From the NCBI GenBank assembly GCA_051293815.1, contig JBPKLU010000003.1:327426-391425 (forward strand): a DNA stretch of 64,000 nucleotides. Reading direction: 5' to 3'. Position 1 is the stretch's first letter. Each line of letters starts with the position of its first letter. Origin of the DNA: Nitrospiraceae bacterium. GTDB lineage: Bacteria; Nitrospirota; Nitrospiria; Nitrospirales; Nitrospiraceae. Of the stretch, positions 18,835 to 28,140 are shown one piece after another. The translations under genes were made by a program, and so were the position numbers. The notes beneath the pieces were generated by a model. The model saw only the letters and a program-made list of their open reading frames with translations. It did not search any database and was not told the DNA's origin.

Positions 18835-20787
18835 ATGGTTCAACGCCGAACCAAGACAGCAGTATCGAAGAAAGTCGCCAAAGGCGCCCGCCGTTCCCGA
18901 CCCGTCGGGACGTCGCCCCGCGAGGCACCCGCCCTTGACTTCGAGCCGGCGCCGGGGAAGAAGCTCCTGATCACGGACGTCGCCTTACGCGACGGCCATC
19001 AGTCGTTGCTCGCGACGCGGATGCGGACAGAGGATATGCTGCCGATCGCTCAGAAACTCGATGCCGTCGGTTTCTGGTCGCTAGAAGTCTGGGGCGGTGC
19101 CACCTTCGACACCTGCTTGCGATTTCTGAAGGAAGATCCCTGGGAACGGCTCCGCGCCCTCCGTGCAGCGATGCCCAACACCAAGCTTCAGATGTTGCTG
19201 CGCGGACAGAATCTCGTCGGTTACCGCCATTACGCCGACGACGTGCTGGAAAAATTCATCGAGCGCTCGGCGGCCAACGGAATCGACGTCTTCCGGATCT
19301 TCGACGCGTTGAACGACATTCGCAATCTCGAGCGGGCCATCCGAGAAGTAAAGATCTGCGGCAAGCACGTTGAGGGCACGATCTGTTACACCGTCAGTCC
19401 GGTCCACAGCTTGGATCGTTTCGTCGATCTCGCCCGTCAGTTGGAAGACCTGGGAACCGACACGCTTTGCATTAAAGACATGGCTGGCCTGCTGGCGCCG
19501 TTCGACGCGTATGCGCTCATCCGCAAGCTAAAAGCCGCCGTCCGGGTACCCATCCATCTGCACACACACTACACGTCCGGGATGGCCTCGATGTCATCGC
19601 TGATGGCGATCCTCGCCGGGCTCGACATATTGGACACCGCGATTTCGCCGCTGGCCGGCGGCACATCCCATCCGCCGACAGAGAGTCTGGTTGCGGCCCT
19701 GCGCGGCACGCCGTATGACACTGGTCTGGAATTGCGGTCGCTGCAACCGATCGCCGAGCATTTTCGGTCCGTCCGCAAGAAATACCGCCAGTTCGAAAGC
19801 GACTTCACCGGCGTGGACGCGGAGATCCTCACATCGCAGATCCCTGGCGGGATGCTCTCGAACCTGGCCGCACAACTGGCCGAACAGCACGCGCTCGACC
19901 GGATGAAGGAAGTCCTAGAGGAAGTGCCGCGCGTCAGGAAAGACATGGGCTATCCGCCACTCGTCACGCCCACCAGCCAGATCGTGGGTACCCAGGCCAC
20001 ACTTAACGTGCTAACTGGCGAACGGTACAAAGTCATCACCACGGAAACGAAAAACTATTTTCTGGGCCTGTACGGACGTGCGCCCGGTCCGGTGGACCGG
20101 GACGTGATGGCCCGGGCGATCGGGGATGAGGAGCCGATCAAGGGGCGGCCGGCGGACCGCCTCGACCCGGAACTGGATGCGATCAAGAGCGAACAACCTG
20201 CTACAGCCAGATCGTTGGAGGATCAGCTTTCTTACGCGCTCTTTCCGGCCATCGCGCGGGAATTTTTTGAGGCGCGCGAGCGCGGCGAACTCACACCGGA
20301 GCCGCTAGAGCCCCCTGTGGCGAGAGGGCCGGCCGTTGCGCACGAATTGCACCTGGCACCGGTGGAGTTCAACGTGACTGTGCATGGCGAGACCTATCAC
20401 ATTCGGATCTCCGGCTCGGGACGCAAGACCGACGGACGCAAGCCGTATTACATTCGCGTCAACGACAAACTGGAAGAAGTGCACCTGGAACCCCTTCAGG
20501 AGGTGCTGGCTGGGGTACCTGAACCCCCGGAGGCGAAAACCGGCGGGAAACCCAAACGGCCGAAACCGACAAAGCCGGGTGACGTGGCGCCGCCAATGCC
20601 CGGGCGAGTGGTGAAGCTCTTGGTAGCTCAAGGTAACGCGGTGAAAGCCGGAGACCCACTGCTGATCATCGAGGCCATGAAGATGGAAAGCCGCGTGCCC
20701 GCGCCCGTCGATGGGACCGTCGCCGCCGTGTATGTCACGGAAGGCGACAACGTAAAGACGGATGAGACCCTGATCCAACTGGAGTGA
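18835..20787 (+). CDS. pycB: carboxyltransferase + biotinyl-carrier subunit (pyruvate carboxylase subunit B / oxaloacetate decarboxylase alpha-like)
   Basis: ITDVALRDGHQSLLATRMR (HMGL-like carboxyltransferase) and C-terminal biotinylation motif EAMKME. 650 aa, 6 nt after pycA. Confidence 0.85.
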   Translation: MVQRRTKTAVSKKVAKGARRSRPVGTSPREAPALDFEPAPGKKLLITDVALRDGHQSLLATRMRTEDMLPIAQKLDAVGFWSLEVWGGATFDTCLRFLKEDPWERLRALRAAMPNTKLQMLLRGQNLVGYRHYADDVLEKFIERSAANGIDVFRIFDALNDIRNLERAIREVKICGKHVEGTICYTVSPVHSLDRFVDLARQLEDLGTDTLCIKDMAGLLAPFDAYALIRKLKAAVRVPIHLHTHYTSGMASMSSLMAILAGLDILDTAISPLAGGTSHPPTESLVAALRGTPYDTGLELRSLQPIAEHFRSVRKKYRQFESDFTGVDAEILTSQIPGGMLSNLAAQLAEQHALDRMKEVLEEVPRVRKDMGYPPLVTPTSQIVGTQATLNVLTGERYKVITTETKNYFLGLYGRAPGPVDRDVMARAIGDEEPIKGRPADRLDPELDAIKSEQPATARSLEDQLSYALFPAIAREFFEARERGELTPEPLEPPVARGPAVAHELHLAPVEFNVTVHGETYHIRISGSGRKTDGRKPYYIRVNDKLEEVHLEPLQEVLAGVPEPPEAKTGGKPKRPKPTKPGDVAPPMPGRVVKLLVAQGNAVKAGDPLLIIEAMKMESRVPAPVDGTVAAVYVTEGDNVKTDETLIQLE

Positions 20788-21758
20788 CTCCCGTGCGTCC
20801 CGCGGCGTCGCTTGCGCCTCCGACGGGTCCACCTCCCTCCATCGCCGTGCTGCTAGTTCTCATGGCTGCCATCCTCGGCGGTTGCACCGCCACTCCCGAG
20901 ATTCCCCACTGGTTCGACGCGATCGAACGAATGCCGATCCATACGGTCCTGGTCGACGGCCATCGCATCGCCTACCTGGACACGGGCGAAGGCCCGCCGG
21001 TCATTCTGATCCATGGATTCGGAGGGTCTCTCTGGCAGTGGGAATACCAGCAACGCGCTCTTTCGGCAGAGCATCGCGTGATCACGCTCGACGTGCTCGG
21101 TTCGGGATTCTCCGACAAGCCCGATCTCGAGTACCGACCGGAACAGTTGGTCGAGTTCTTCCGCGGCTTCATGGACGCACTGAACCTGCCGCGCGCGTCG
21201 CTGATTGGGAACTCGATGGGGGCCGGACTGGCAATCGGCATGGCGCTGACGTATCCCGAGCGCGTGGACCGACTGGTCCTGATCGGAGGGCTGCCGGACC
21301 AGATCGAACAGAAGTTGGCAAGCCCGTTGATCCGGCGTGCAATCGAGACACGGGCGCCGGTTTGGCTCGCCTCTTTGGGAAATTGGTTGCTGGGCCGAAG
21401 CCTTACCGAAACGGTGCTGCGGGAGATCGTGCACGATCCCTCGCTGCTGACCCCTGTGGTGATCGACCGTTCGCACCGAAACCGGCGCCTGGCCGGCTTG
21501 ATCGGCCCCCTGCTCACCATCGCCCGGAATGTGCCGCTCTGGGAGGACGGATTCGCCAAACGCCTGGGCGAGATCCGTCACCCCACGCTCGTCCTGTGGG
21601 GTGCGCAAGACCGGGTGTTCCCCCCGCAGGTCGGCCATGACCTGCACCGGACGATTCCCGGCTCGACCTTTGCGGTGATTCCGAACGCCGGTCACATCCC
21701 GCAGTGGGAGCAACCTCAGGCGGTGAACCCGGTGCTCATCAAGTTTCTGCAACCTTGA
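20784..21758 (+). CDS. alpha/beta-fold hydrolase, probable lipoprotein
   Basis: Lipobox LGGC, ILIHGFGGS and GNSMGAGLA nucleophile elbow, and C-terminal GHIPQWE. The GTG start overlaps the pycB stop. Confidence 0.8.
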   Translation: MTPVRPAASLAPPTGPPPSIAVLLVLMAAILGGCTATPEIPHWFDAIERMPIHTVLVDGHRIAYLDTGEGPPVILIHGFGGSLWQWEYQQRALSAEHRVITLDVLGSGFSDKPDLEYRPEQLVEFFRGFMDALNLPRASLIGNSMGAGLAIGMALTYPERVDRLVLIGGLPDQIEQKLASPLIRRAIETRAPVWLASLGNWLLGRSLTETVLREIVHDPSLLTPVVIDRSHRNRRLAGLIGPLLTIARNVPLWEDGFAKRLGEIRHPTLVLWGAQDRVFPPQVGHDLHRTIPGSTFAVIPNAGHIPQWEQPQAVNPVLIKFLQP

Positions 21759-21831
21759 CTTGGTCGGAACCTGCCCCCTATATAAAATGGGAGATGTTTG
21801 AGCTTCTCGCTGTCGCCTCGATTTTTAACGC

Positions 21832-22512
21832 ATGGAGGAGATGATGAATGGGCTCCGATTTTCCGTTCTCATCGGTGGTATGCTGCTGATGTCGATTGCG
21901 ACCGCAGGCTGCGCTGGCATGGGTCGCTCCGTTGAATCTGGCTTCATGTACAAGAACCTGCCGATAGCGACCGGAACCGTGGCCGCCGGCGAGGGCAACA
22001 GTGTACGGTTCCAGGGCAGCCTCCTAGCCCTGTCCGGACCCGGTGTCAAAGTCGGCGACACCCTCCGAGATGTGAAGCTCACGCAGACGGACTTGTCACA
22101 GGTCAGCATCCTTGACACCAAGGGGAAGGGCAAGGTCAGAATCATCAGCATCGTGCCCTCCCTCGACACCAAGGTCTGCGAGCAACAGACGCACTACCTC
22201 GGCGAGAAAAACCACGGACTCGACAAAATGGTCGAATTGATCACCGTCAGTGTAGATACGCCATTCGCGCAAAAGCGGTTCGCCGAGGAGGCCCACCTCA
22301 ACAATGTCACGTTTCTTTCCGATTATCGCGGGGCGGAGTTTGGCAAAGCCCACGGCCTGTTTCTGAAAGATCTGCACATCTTGGCACGCGCAATCATGGT
22401 GGTGGACACACACAACACGATTCGCTATCTCCAGATCACGCCGGAACTAGGGCAATTGCCGGATATGGACACTGCGTTCCGGTTCGCCCGGTCGCTAGTG
22501 GCGGCTAGCTAG
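21832..22512 (+). CDS. tpx: thiol peroxidase (atypical 2-Cys peroxiredoxin Tpx) with lipoprotein-type N-terminal extension
   Basis: SIVPSLDTKVCEQQ...TVSVDTPFAQKRF...LARAIMVVD matches Tpx. The N-terminus has an IATAGC lipobox. Confidence 0.85.
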   Translation: MEEMMNGLRFSVLIGGMLLMSIATAGCAGMGRSVESGFMYKNLPIATGTVAAGEGNSVRFQGSLLALSGPGVKVGDTLRDVKLTQTDLSQVSILDTKGKGKVRIISIVPSLDTKVCEQQTHYLGEKNHGLDKMVELITVSVDTPFAQKRFAEEAHLNNVTFLSDYRGAEFGKAHGLFLKDLHILARAIMVVDTHNTIRYLQITPELGQLPDMDTAFRFARSLVAAS

Positions 22513-22616
22513 ACGACAACTAGGTTGAGGTTCAGGGCCAGCTCTAGATCAAGGCCCATCGCTACCCCTCGCCTCAACCTCAGCCTGAACCTGGACCTTC
22601 CTTTTGGGCGAGAACG

Positions 22617-24032
22617 ATGGCGCACTACGACATGTTGGTGATCGGCACCGGCCCGGCTGGACAGAAAGCCGCCGTCCAGGCGGCCAAGCTCGGCAAGAAA
22701 GTCGCCATCGTCGAGCGCAAAGAAGTCGTCGGCGGAGTCTGCATCAATACCGGCACCATTCCCAGCAAATCGTTGCGCGAGGCCGTCCTGTACTTGTCCG
22801 GCTTTCACCAGCGCAGCCTGTACGGAACCAGCTATCGGGTCAAACAGGACATCACGATGGAAGATCTGATCTTCCGCGCCAACCACGTCATCAAGCGCGA
22901 AATCGAAGTCATCCGCAACCAGATGGCGCGAAACCGTGTCGAGATGATCTTCGGCACCGCCAGTTTCGTCGATCCGCATCGGATCCGTATCACCCGGGCT
23001 CACGAGATCCTGGAACACACGGCCGACTACATCGTCATTGCCGTCGGCACAGTGCCAGCCAGGCCCGGTCATATTCCGTTCGACGGCGAGACGATCATCG
23101 ACACGGACGGGCTTCTGAACCTCAAGCGCCTACCCAAGGCCATGACGATCGTCGGCGGCGGGGTGATCGGAACCGAATACGCTTCGATTCTCGCTACCAT
23201 GGGTATGCACGTCGTGCTAATCGAACGGCGCTCGCGCCTGCTGGAATTTGTGGACACGGAAATCATTGAAGCGCTCCAATACCAGATGCGCAACATCGGC
23301 GTCACGCTTCGCTTCAACGAGGAAGTGGTTGCCATCGAGAAAGCCGACGATCAGGTGATCGTGCGGCTGAGGAGCGGCAAAGAAATCGCCGCGACCACGG
23401 TCATGTATTCCGTGGGACGCCTGGGCGCCACCGACGAGCTGAATCTCGAGGCGGTCGGCATCAAGCCGGATGAGCGGGGTCGCCTCCGCGTGAACGAGCA
23501 TTTCCAAACTTCTGTACCGCATATCTATGCCGCCGGCGATGTGATCGGGTTCCCCTCCCTGGCCTCCACATCCATGCAACAGGGGCGCCTGGCGGCTTGC
23601 CACGCCTTCGGCCTGCCCGCCACAATCCAAACGGAGTTGCTGCCCTATGGAATCTACTCCATTCCGGAGATTTCCATGGTCGGCCACAATGAAGACGAGC
23701 TGACGCAGGCAGGCGTGCCCTATGCGGTCGGGGTCGCGAGATATCGAGAGATAGCGAGGGGCCAGTTGATCGGAGACGAAATCGGGATGCTGAAACTGCT
23801 GTTCCACCAGAACACACACGAGTTGCTAGGCGTGCACGCGATCGGCGAGGGAGCGACCGAGTTGATCCACATCGGCCAGGCCGTCATGGCCTTCCACGGC
23901 CGGATCGAATATTTCATCGACACCGTCTTCAATTACCCCACGCTCGCGGAATGCTACAAAGTCGCCGCGCTGGACGGTATCAATCGCTTGCCGCGACCAT
24001 GGGCTCCGATTAAGCCGGCCGGCTCGGCTTGA
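22617..24032 (+). CDS. sthA: soluble pyridine nucleotide transhydrogenase (Si-specific)
   Basis: YDMLVIGTGPAGQKAA...GGVCINTGTIPSKSLREAV has a single Cys where lipoamide-dehydrogenase relatives carry a disulfide, as in SthA. 471 aa. Confidence 0.8.
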   Translation: MAHYDMLVIGTGPAGQKAAVQAAKLGKKVAIVERKEVVGGVCINTGTIPSKSLREAVLYLSGFHQRSLYGTSYRVKQDITMEDLIFRANHVIKREIEVIRNQMARNRVEMIFGTASFVDPHRIRITRAHEILEHTADYIVIAVGTVPARPGHIPFDGETIIDTDGLLNLKRLPKAMTIVGGGVIGTEYASILATMGMHVVLIERRSRLLEFVDTEIIEALQYQMRNIGVTLRFNEEVVAIEKADDQVIVRLRSGKEIAATTVMYSVGRLGATDELNLEAVGIKPDERGRLRVNEHFQTSVPHIYAAGDVIGFPSLASTSMQQGRLAACHAFGLPATIQTELLPYGIYSIPEISMVGHNEDELTQAGVPYAVGVARYREIARGQLIGDEIGMLKLLFHQNTHELLGVHAIGEGATELIHIGQAVMAFHGRIEYFIDTVFNYPTLAECYKVAALDGINRLPRPWAPIKPAGSA

Positions 24033-24982
24033 CTGCTCCTTTCCGGGAGGAATTCCGCTTGGCTCGACGCGTCGGTAACCGCCCGCGACACCCGGTGCTG
24101 ATCACCCTGGCTCTCGAATGGTTTTTGAACCCTGATCATTTGCCGCTCGTCGCGGCCAAGGAGCACGGTTTTTTTCGCGAGGAGGGTCTCGATCTCGCCA
24201 TCCTCGTACCGACCGTCCCGGAAGAATCGCTGGACCTCGTCGCGCGAGGCAAGGCCGATTTCGGTGTCGGCGAACAGACCAACGTGATCAAAGCGCGCGG
24301 CCAGGGCCGACCGTTGATCTCGATTGCGCCGGTGCTCGACCACACCGTCGTCTGTTTGATGTACCTCAAGGACGGCCCGATCAAACGTCTGGAGAACCTG
24401 CGGCACCGGCGCGTGGGCTGGCCAGGGGTGGAGATTGATCTACCGATCCTCTGCACCATGCTCAAGGCAGCCGGGCTTACCTTCGACGAGATCCTGCTCG
24501 TCGATGTCGGATTCGGGTTGACCGATGCGTTGCTCACCGGTAAAGTCGACGCGGTGTTCGGAGCCTTTGTCAACTACGAGCAAGTGGAGGCGCAATTGCG
24601 AGGCGCCGACATCGAGTTTGTCTCTCCCACCCAATATGGCGTGCCGGATCTGTATCAGCTTGTCGTGCTGACGTCCGACCGCATGACTCAACGCCATCCC
24701 CAAATCGTCCGCGGCTTCTGCCGGGCTTACGCGCGCGGGCTGGCCTTCACCCATGACTATCCGCACGAAGCACTCGGAGTCTACTTAAAAGCGAACTCAA
24801 TGGCCGACCCGACATTATCCGCCAAGACATTTCATGCCACCCTGCCCTATTTCCCCCAAACTCTGCGGCAGGAATCTACTCGGTGGCAGGCGGTCCACGA
24901 TTGGCTACTGGGCCAACGGATCATCGAGAAAAAACTGCCGCTGAACCGGCTATTCACGAATCACTTCGCACCGAGCCCATAA
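24029..24982 (+). CDS. NMT1/THI5-like (ThiY-type) pyrimidine-binding protein, no signal peptide
   Basis: ITLALEWFLNPDHLPLVAAKEHGFFREEGLDL...GKADFGV is typical of the NMT1/THI5 fold. The start is TTG 24029, or GTG 24095 in the same frame. It is adjacent to tenA. Confidence 0.7.
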   Translation: MTAPFREEFRLARRVGNRPRHPVLITLALEWFLNPDHLPLVAAKEHGFFREEGLDLAILVPTVPEESLDLVARGKADFGVGEQTNVIKARGQGRPLISIAPVLDHTVVCLMYLKDGPIKRLENLRHRRVGWPGVEIDLPILCTMLKAAGLTFDEILLVDVGFGLTDALLTGKVDAVFGAFVNYEQVEAQLRGADIEFVSPTQYGVPDLYQLVVLTSDRMTQRHPQIVRGFCRAYARGLAFTHDYPHEALGVYLKANSMADPTLSAKTFHATLPYFPQTLRQESTRWQAVHDWLLGQRIIEKKLPLNRLFTNHFAPSP

Positions 24983-25030
24983 GCTGCCGGCTCTGAGCTG
25001 GCTTGCTGTAAGCTTTCGAGGAGTTTTCCA

Positions 25031-25699
25031 ATGTCATTTTCGGACCACCTTCGTCGAATGGCCAAACCAATCTGGGACGCGCAGTTCACACATCCCTTCG
25101 TCGTCGCCCTTGGCAAGGGCACGCTGCCGGCACGGAAGTTCAAATATTATATCCTCCAAGACGCGCGGTTCTTGGGAGACTTGTCCCGTGTGTTCGCCGC
25201 AGGCGCGCAGAAAGCGCCGGATTCGGAATCTGCCCTTCGCTTTACCAAGTTGGCCGAGGAAACCCTCACCGTCGAACGGAGCCTGCATGAGAGTTACGGC
25301 AAACGCTGGCGAATGACGCCGCAGCAGATGACGGCGACCCCGATGGCCCCGACCAACTATGCCTACACGCGACACCTGCTGGCGGTGGCTCACTCAGGCA
25401 CCGCCGCCGAGATTACCGCGGTCGCGCTCCCTTGCGCATGGATCTACTGCGTAGTTGGGCAGCATCTTCTAAAAGACGGCCCGCCGCGCGCCGGGCATCC
25501 GTATCGCGACTGGCTCCTCCTCTACGCTTCTCCGGAGTTCGCCAAGGTTCAGAAATGGATGCGGAGCAAGGTGGATGAATGGGCGAAGCATGCTGGACGT
25601 GACGAGAAACGGCGGATGGAGGAGGCGTTCGTGATCAGCTCGCGGTATGAATGGATGTTTTGGGAGATGGCATGGAACGAAGAGCAGTGGCCGGTGTAG
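25031..25699 (+). CDS. tenA: aminopyrimidine aminohydrolase / thiaminase II (TenA_C type)
   Basis: HPFVVALGKGTLPARKFKYYILQDARFL and the active-site context LPCAWIY. Confidence 0.88.
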   Translation: MSFSDHLRRMAKPIWDAQFTHPFVVALGKGTLPARKFKYYILQDARFLGDLSRVFAAGAQKAPDSESALRFTKLAEETLTVERSLHESYGKRWRMTPQQMTATPMAPTNYAYTRHLLAVAHSGTAAEITAVALPCAWIYCVVGQHLLKDGPPRAGHPYRDWLLLYASPEFAKVQKWMRSKVDEWAKHAGRDEKRRMEEAFVISSRYEWMFWEMAWNEEQWPV

Positions 25700-25879
25700 C
25701 CTGGCGGGTCCTGTCGCTGCCCCGTAAAAGGGGTCGGGAATGTTTTCATTGCTTAGCGGGTCCACTCCAGAGGTTAACCGCTAGCCTGGCGCCTCGCTCA
25801 GACGCGCTCAGCAGCGCACCCAACGCAGAGCAAAGTCGACGTGGCGAGGTGTGAAAAAGCTACTGTCTGATCACACTGA

Positions 25880-26408
25880 TCACGGTCCGAAGGCGGCGAA
25901 GAGTTGGCCGGTGAGGTCGAGGGTCCCATCCGACTCGCCGAATCCCTTCCGGCGGAGAGAGGCGTTGAGCACGCGCCCGTCGCCGAAGCGGTGCCCTGTC
26001 GGACATCTTCAGGTTCATCCGGCACTGCCCAATCCCCGCTGAGACCTGGCTGACGAAGAGCACGGTGCCATCCGGCTCGACCGTCTCCACCACGCCCACG
26101 TGAGTGAGCGGATCGTTAAAGGAACCATCCCGGTTGAAATCCCCGGTGTTGTGGAAGAACACCAGGTCACCGGGATAGGCGGTTGGGCTGTAGTGGATCC
26201 GCTCGTGCCGTAGGACATGCCCGTAAATGCGCCCGACACCGTTCCCGCCGTCCGACTCCCCCAGACCATCATACAGGTCGATCCCTTGCACAGCCTACAC
26301 GGCGTGGGCCAGGCCGGTGCAGTCGAACGGAAAAGGCCGGCCCTGCACTTCGATCCGCGACCTTCCGAGGAACCCAACAGCCGCCTGCGCCAGCGCTTGC
26401 TGTCTCAA
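25880..26408 (-). pseudogene. NlpC/P60 (C40) peptidase pseudogene: in-frame TAG plus a frameshift
   Basis: Minus-strand reading gives ...GRPFPFDCTGLAHAV-TAG(26297-26295)-AVQGIDLYD...GDLVFF...THVGVV...RMNLKM. The plausible C-terminus (HRFGDGRVLNASLRRKGFGESDGTLDLTGQLFAAFGP*) continues in another frame from about 26000. Confidence 0.6.
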
Positions 26409-26659
26409 GGTCCCCGCACCCTTCTCGCAACAGGATTATCCGTGCACCCGATTCATGAGGGCAGAGCCATCGCGTATCCCATCCGATCTTGTGTCCGGCC
26501 GAGGCCCCTTTGCACGGTTGTCCATAGCGCAACCTTCGAGCCAAACTGCGAGGAGACCGGCCCGGAGACGGAGCAGCAACATGGAAGAGGGAGCGGGTGA
26601 GGCCATCATGGGAAGGAGAGCCCCAGCCCGCAGAATTCATGAACGCTTCTGCTACCTAG

Positions 26660-26843
26660 GCCCATTGCAACAAAAGAGCAATGGGCACCCCGACTCGCTG
26701 CTGGGCACTGGGCACCCATTGCTCCAGGAATGCAATGGGTGCCCTCCACGATTGCAATGGGCGCCCGGCCTGTCGGCTGGCGCGCTTGCCCGTCTCGCGA
26801 CGCGACTTCCGGGCACCCGCTGCTCTTTCATCGCAACGGGTGG
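26660..26843. repeat. cluster of about 7 copies of a 13-nt motif (GCAATGGGYRCCC) forming three hairpins, each with a 9-nt loop
   Basis: GCCCATTGC-9 nt-GCAATGGGC (26660-26686); perfect 13-bp stem GGGCACCCATTGC-9 nt-GCAATGGGTGCCC (26710-26744); an extra copy GCAATGGGCGCCC (26754-26766); and a degenerate pair GGGCACCCGCTGC-9 nt-GCAACGGGTGG (26811-26843). Confidence 0.8.
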
Positions 26844-27053
26844 AACGCGACGAACCGTCATGAATTATGCGGGCTGAGCATCCACCGGGCCACACGAACC
26901 GGATTTGCGCCATAGCCGGACCGTTAACTCACCCGCGACGAGCAGGCCGATAGAGTTGACCACAGATGGCGAGTGCTTCGGCCGAAGAGAGCCAACAGCG
27001 GATCCGGCGCGGCCGAAGCCATCGAACCCCCGATGCCCGCAGCAGGACACAGC

Positions 27054-27812
27054 TTACTCCCTCCGTCTCGGTAACGGGATGAGCATGGGCACCCGTTCTC
27101 GGTAGTGGCGGTATTGTTCGCCAAAGGTGTTGAGGAGATCCCGCTCTTCCAGGTGAACGCCAATCAGAATGTAGAGCGTCGTGGCGACCGCGAAGAGAAG
27201 ATGTCCCCAGGTCATAACCGGTGTGGCCCAGAAGGCGATGACAAAACCCAGCATGATCGGATGCCGGACGAACTTGTAGAGCGCCGGCATGTTGAATCCG
27301 ATCGGCTGATACGCTTGATTGTGCCAGTGGAGAAAAACCTGCCGCAACCCGAAAAGGTCGAAGTGGTCGATCATAAAGGTGGAGACCAGCACGACCCCCC
27401 ACCCGATCCAGAATAGCCCCCACAGGAACGCACTCCCTGCCGGATGCTCTACTTGCCAGCCCACATCCGGGATCGGCCGCCATTGCCAGAACAGGAGAAG
27501 AAGAATCAGGCTGGAGAGCAGGACATAGGTGCTGCGCTCGATCGGGACCGGCACGATCCGCGTCCACCGACGCTTGAACCATGGGCGCGCCATCAGACTG
27601 TGTTGGACCGCAAAGAGACCCAGGAGACCCAGATTGACGAGAAGGGCTTCCGGTAAGGTTCCCTGTGGGCCGCTATCGAGCGATTTGGGGACTGCGACAT
27701 TGCCCGCAAAGCCGACCGCGTAGAGGAAGGTCGCGAAGAACACGGCGTAGGCGGTGACGCCGTAGCCGAAGGCCAATACCCCGCTCATCGTGTCCTCCCT
27801 TTTCGGTGACAT
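27054..27812 (-). CDS. membrane methyltransferase of the ICMT/PEMT superfamily (MddA-like)
   Basis: 252 aa, multi-TM. C-terminal [12 protein letters not shown]...HLEERDL..FGE.Y..Y is characteristic of isoprenylcysteine carboxyl methyltransferase-like enzymes. Confidence 0.6.
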   Translation of the reverse strand: MSPKREDTMSGVLAFGYGVTAYAVFFATFLYAVGFAGNVAVPKSLDSGPQGTLPEALLVNLGLLGLFAVQHSLMARPWFKRRWTRIVPVPIERSTYVLLSSLILLLLFWQWRPIPDVGWQVEHPAGSAFLWGLFWIGWGVVLVSTFMIDHFDLFGLRQVFLHWHNQAYQPIGFNMPALYKFVRHPIMLGFVIAFWATPVMTWGHLLFAVATTLYILIGVHLEERDLLNTFGEQYRHYRERVPMLIPLPRRRE

Positions 27813-28094
27813 CGGATGATGAGATAAGCAGGTGCATGGTCGCGTTGCGACTGTTAGAACCTACGCCGAACGAAGAGATCAATCAACGGAACACGCGCGC
27901 TCCGTATCCAGAAAACCGGGGTTCTGTGATAGAGTGAGTGCTAAGACGTTTATTTGCGCCAGGCAGACCGACGTATTCCTCGCACTCAGCGGCCGACGCG
28001 CAAAATGTGTGGCGAGACTGGAAACAAGAGACCTGCCGGTGAGCTGAGCCTCAGCTTCTCTTCCTGAGTCCCTCTCTGCGAAGTCGATTGCCGC

Positions 28095-28122
28095 TAGACA
28101 GTTCTCCTGAGCTGAGTATAAT
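28095..28122 (+). promoter_or_regulatory. candidate sigma-70 promoter for thiD
   Basis: TAGACA (28095-28100), a 16-nt spacer, then TATAAT (28117-28122), about 20 nt upstream of the thiD start. Confidence 0.35.
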
Positions 28123-28140
28123 GAGCCACCTCGGAGCATC

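Noticed and set aside
26660-26843. CRISPR array
   Set aside because: The repeats are 13-nt inverted arms with 9-nt loops and irregular spacing, not 25-40-nt direct repeats separated by unique spacers. There are no cas genes in the window.
27813-28140. TPP riboswitch upstream of thiD
   Set aside because: I found no CTGAGA … ACCTGA(T/C)C…GGA…ACC-type THI-box core by eye, only CTGAG-containing palindromes. An Rfam scan is needed to be sure.
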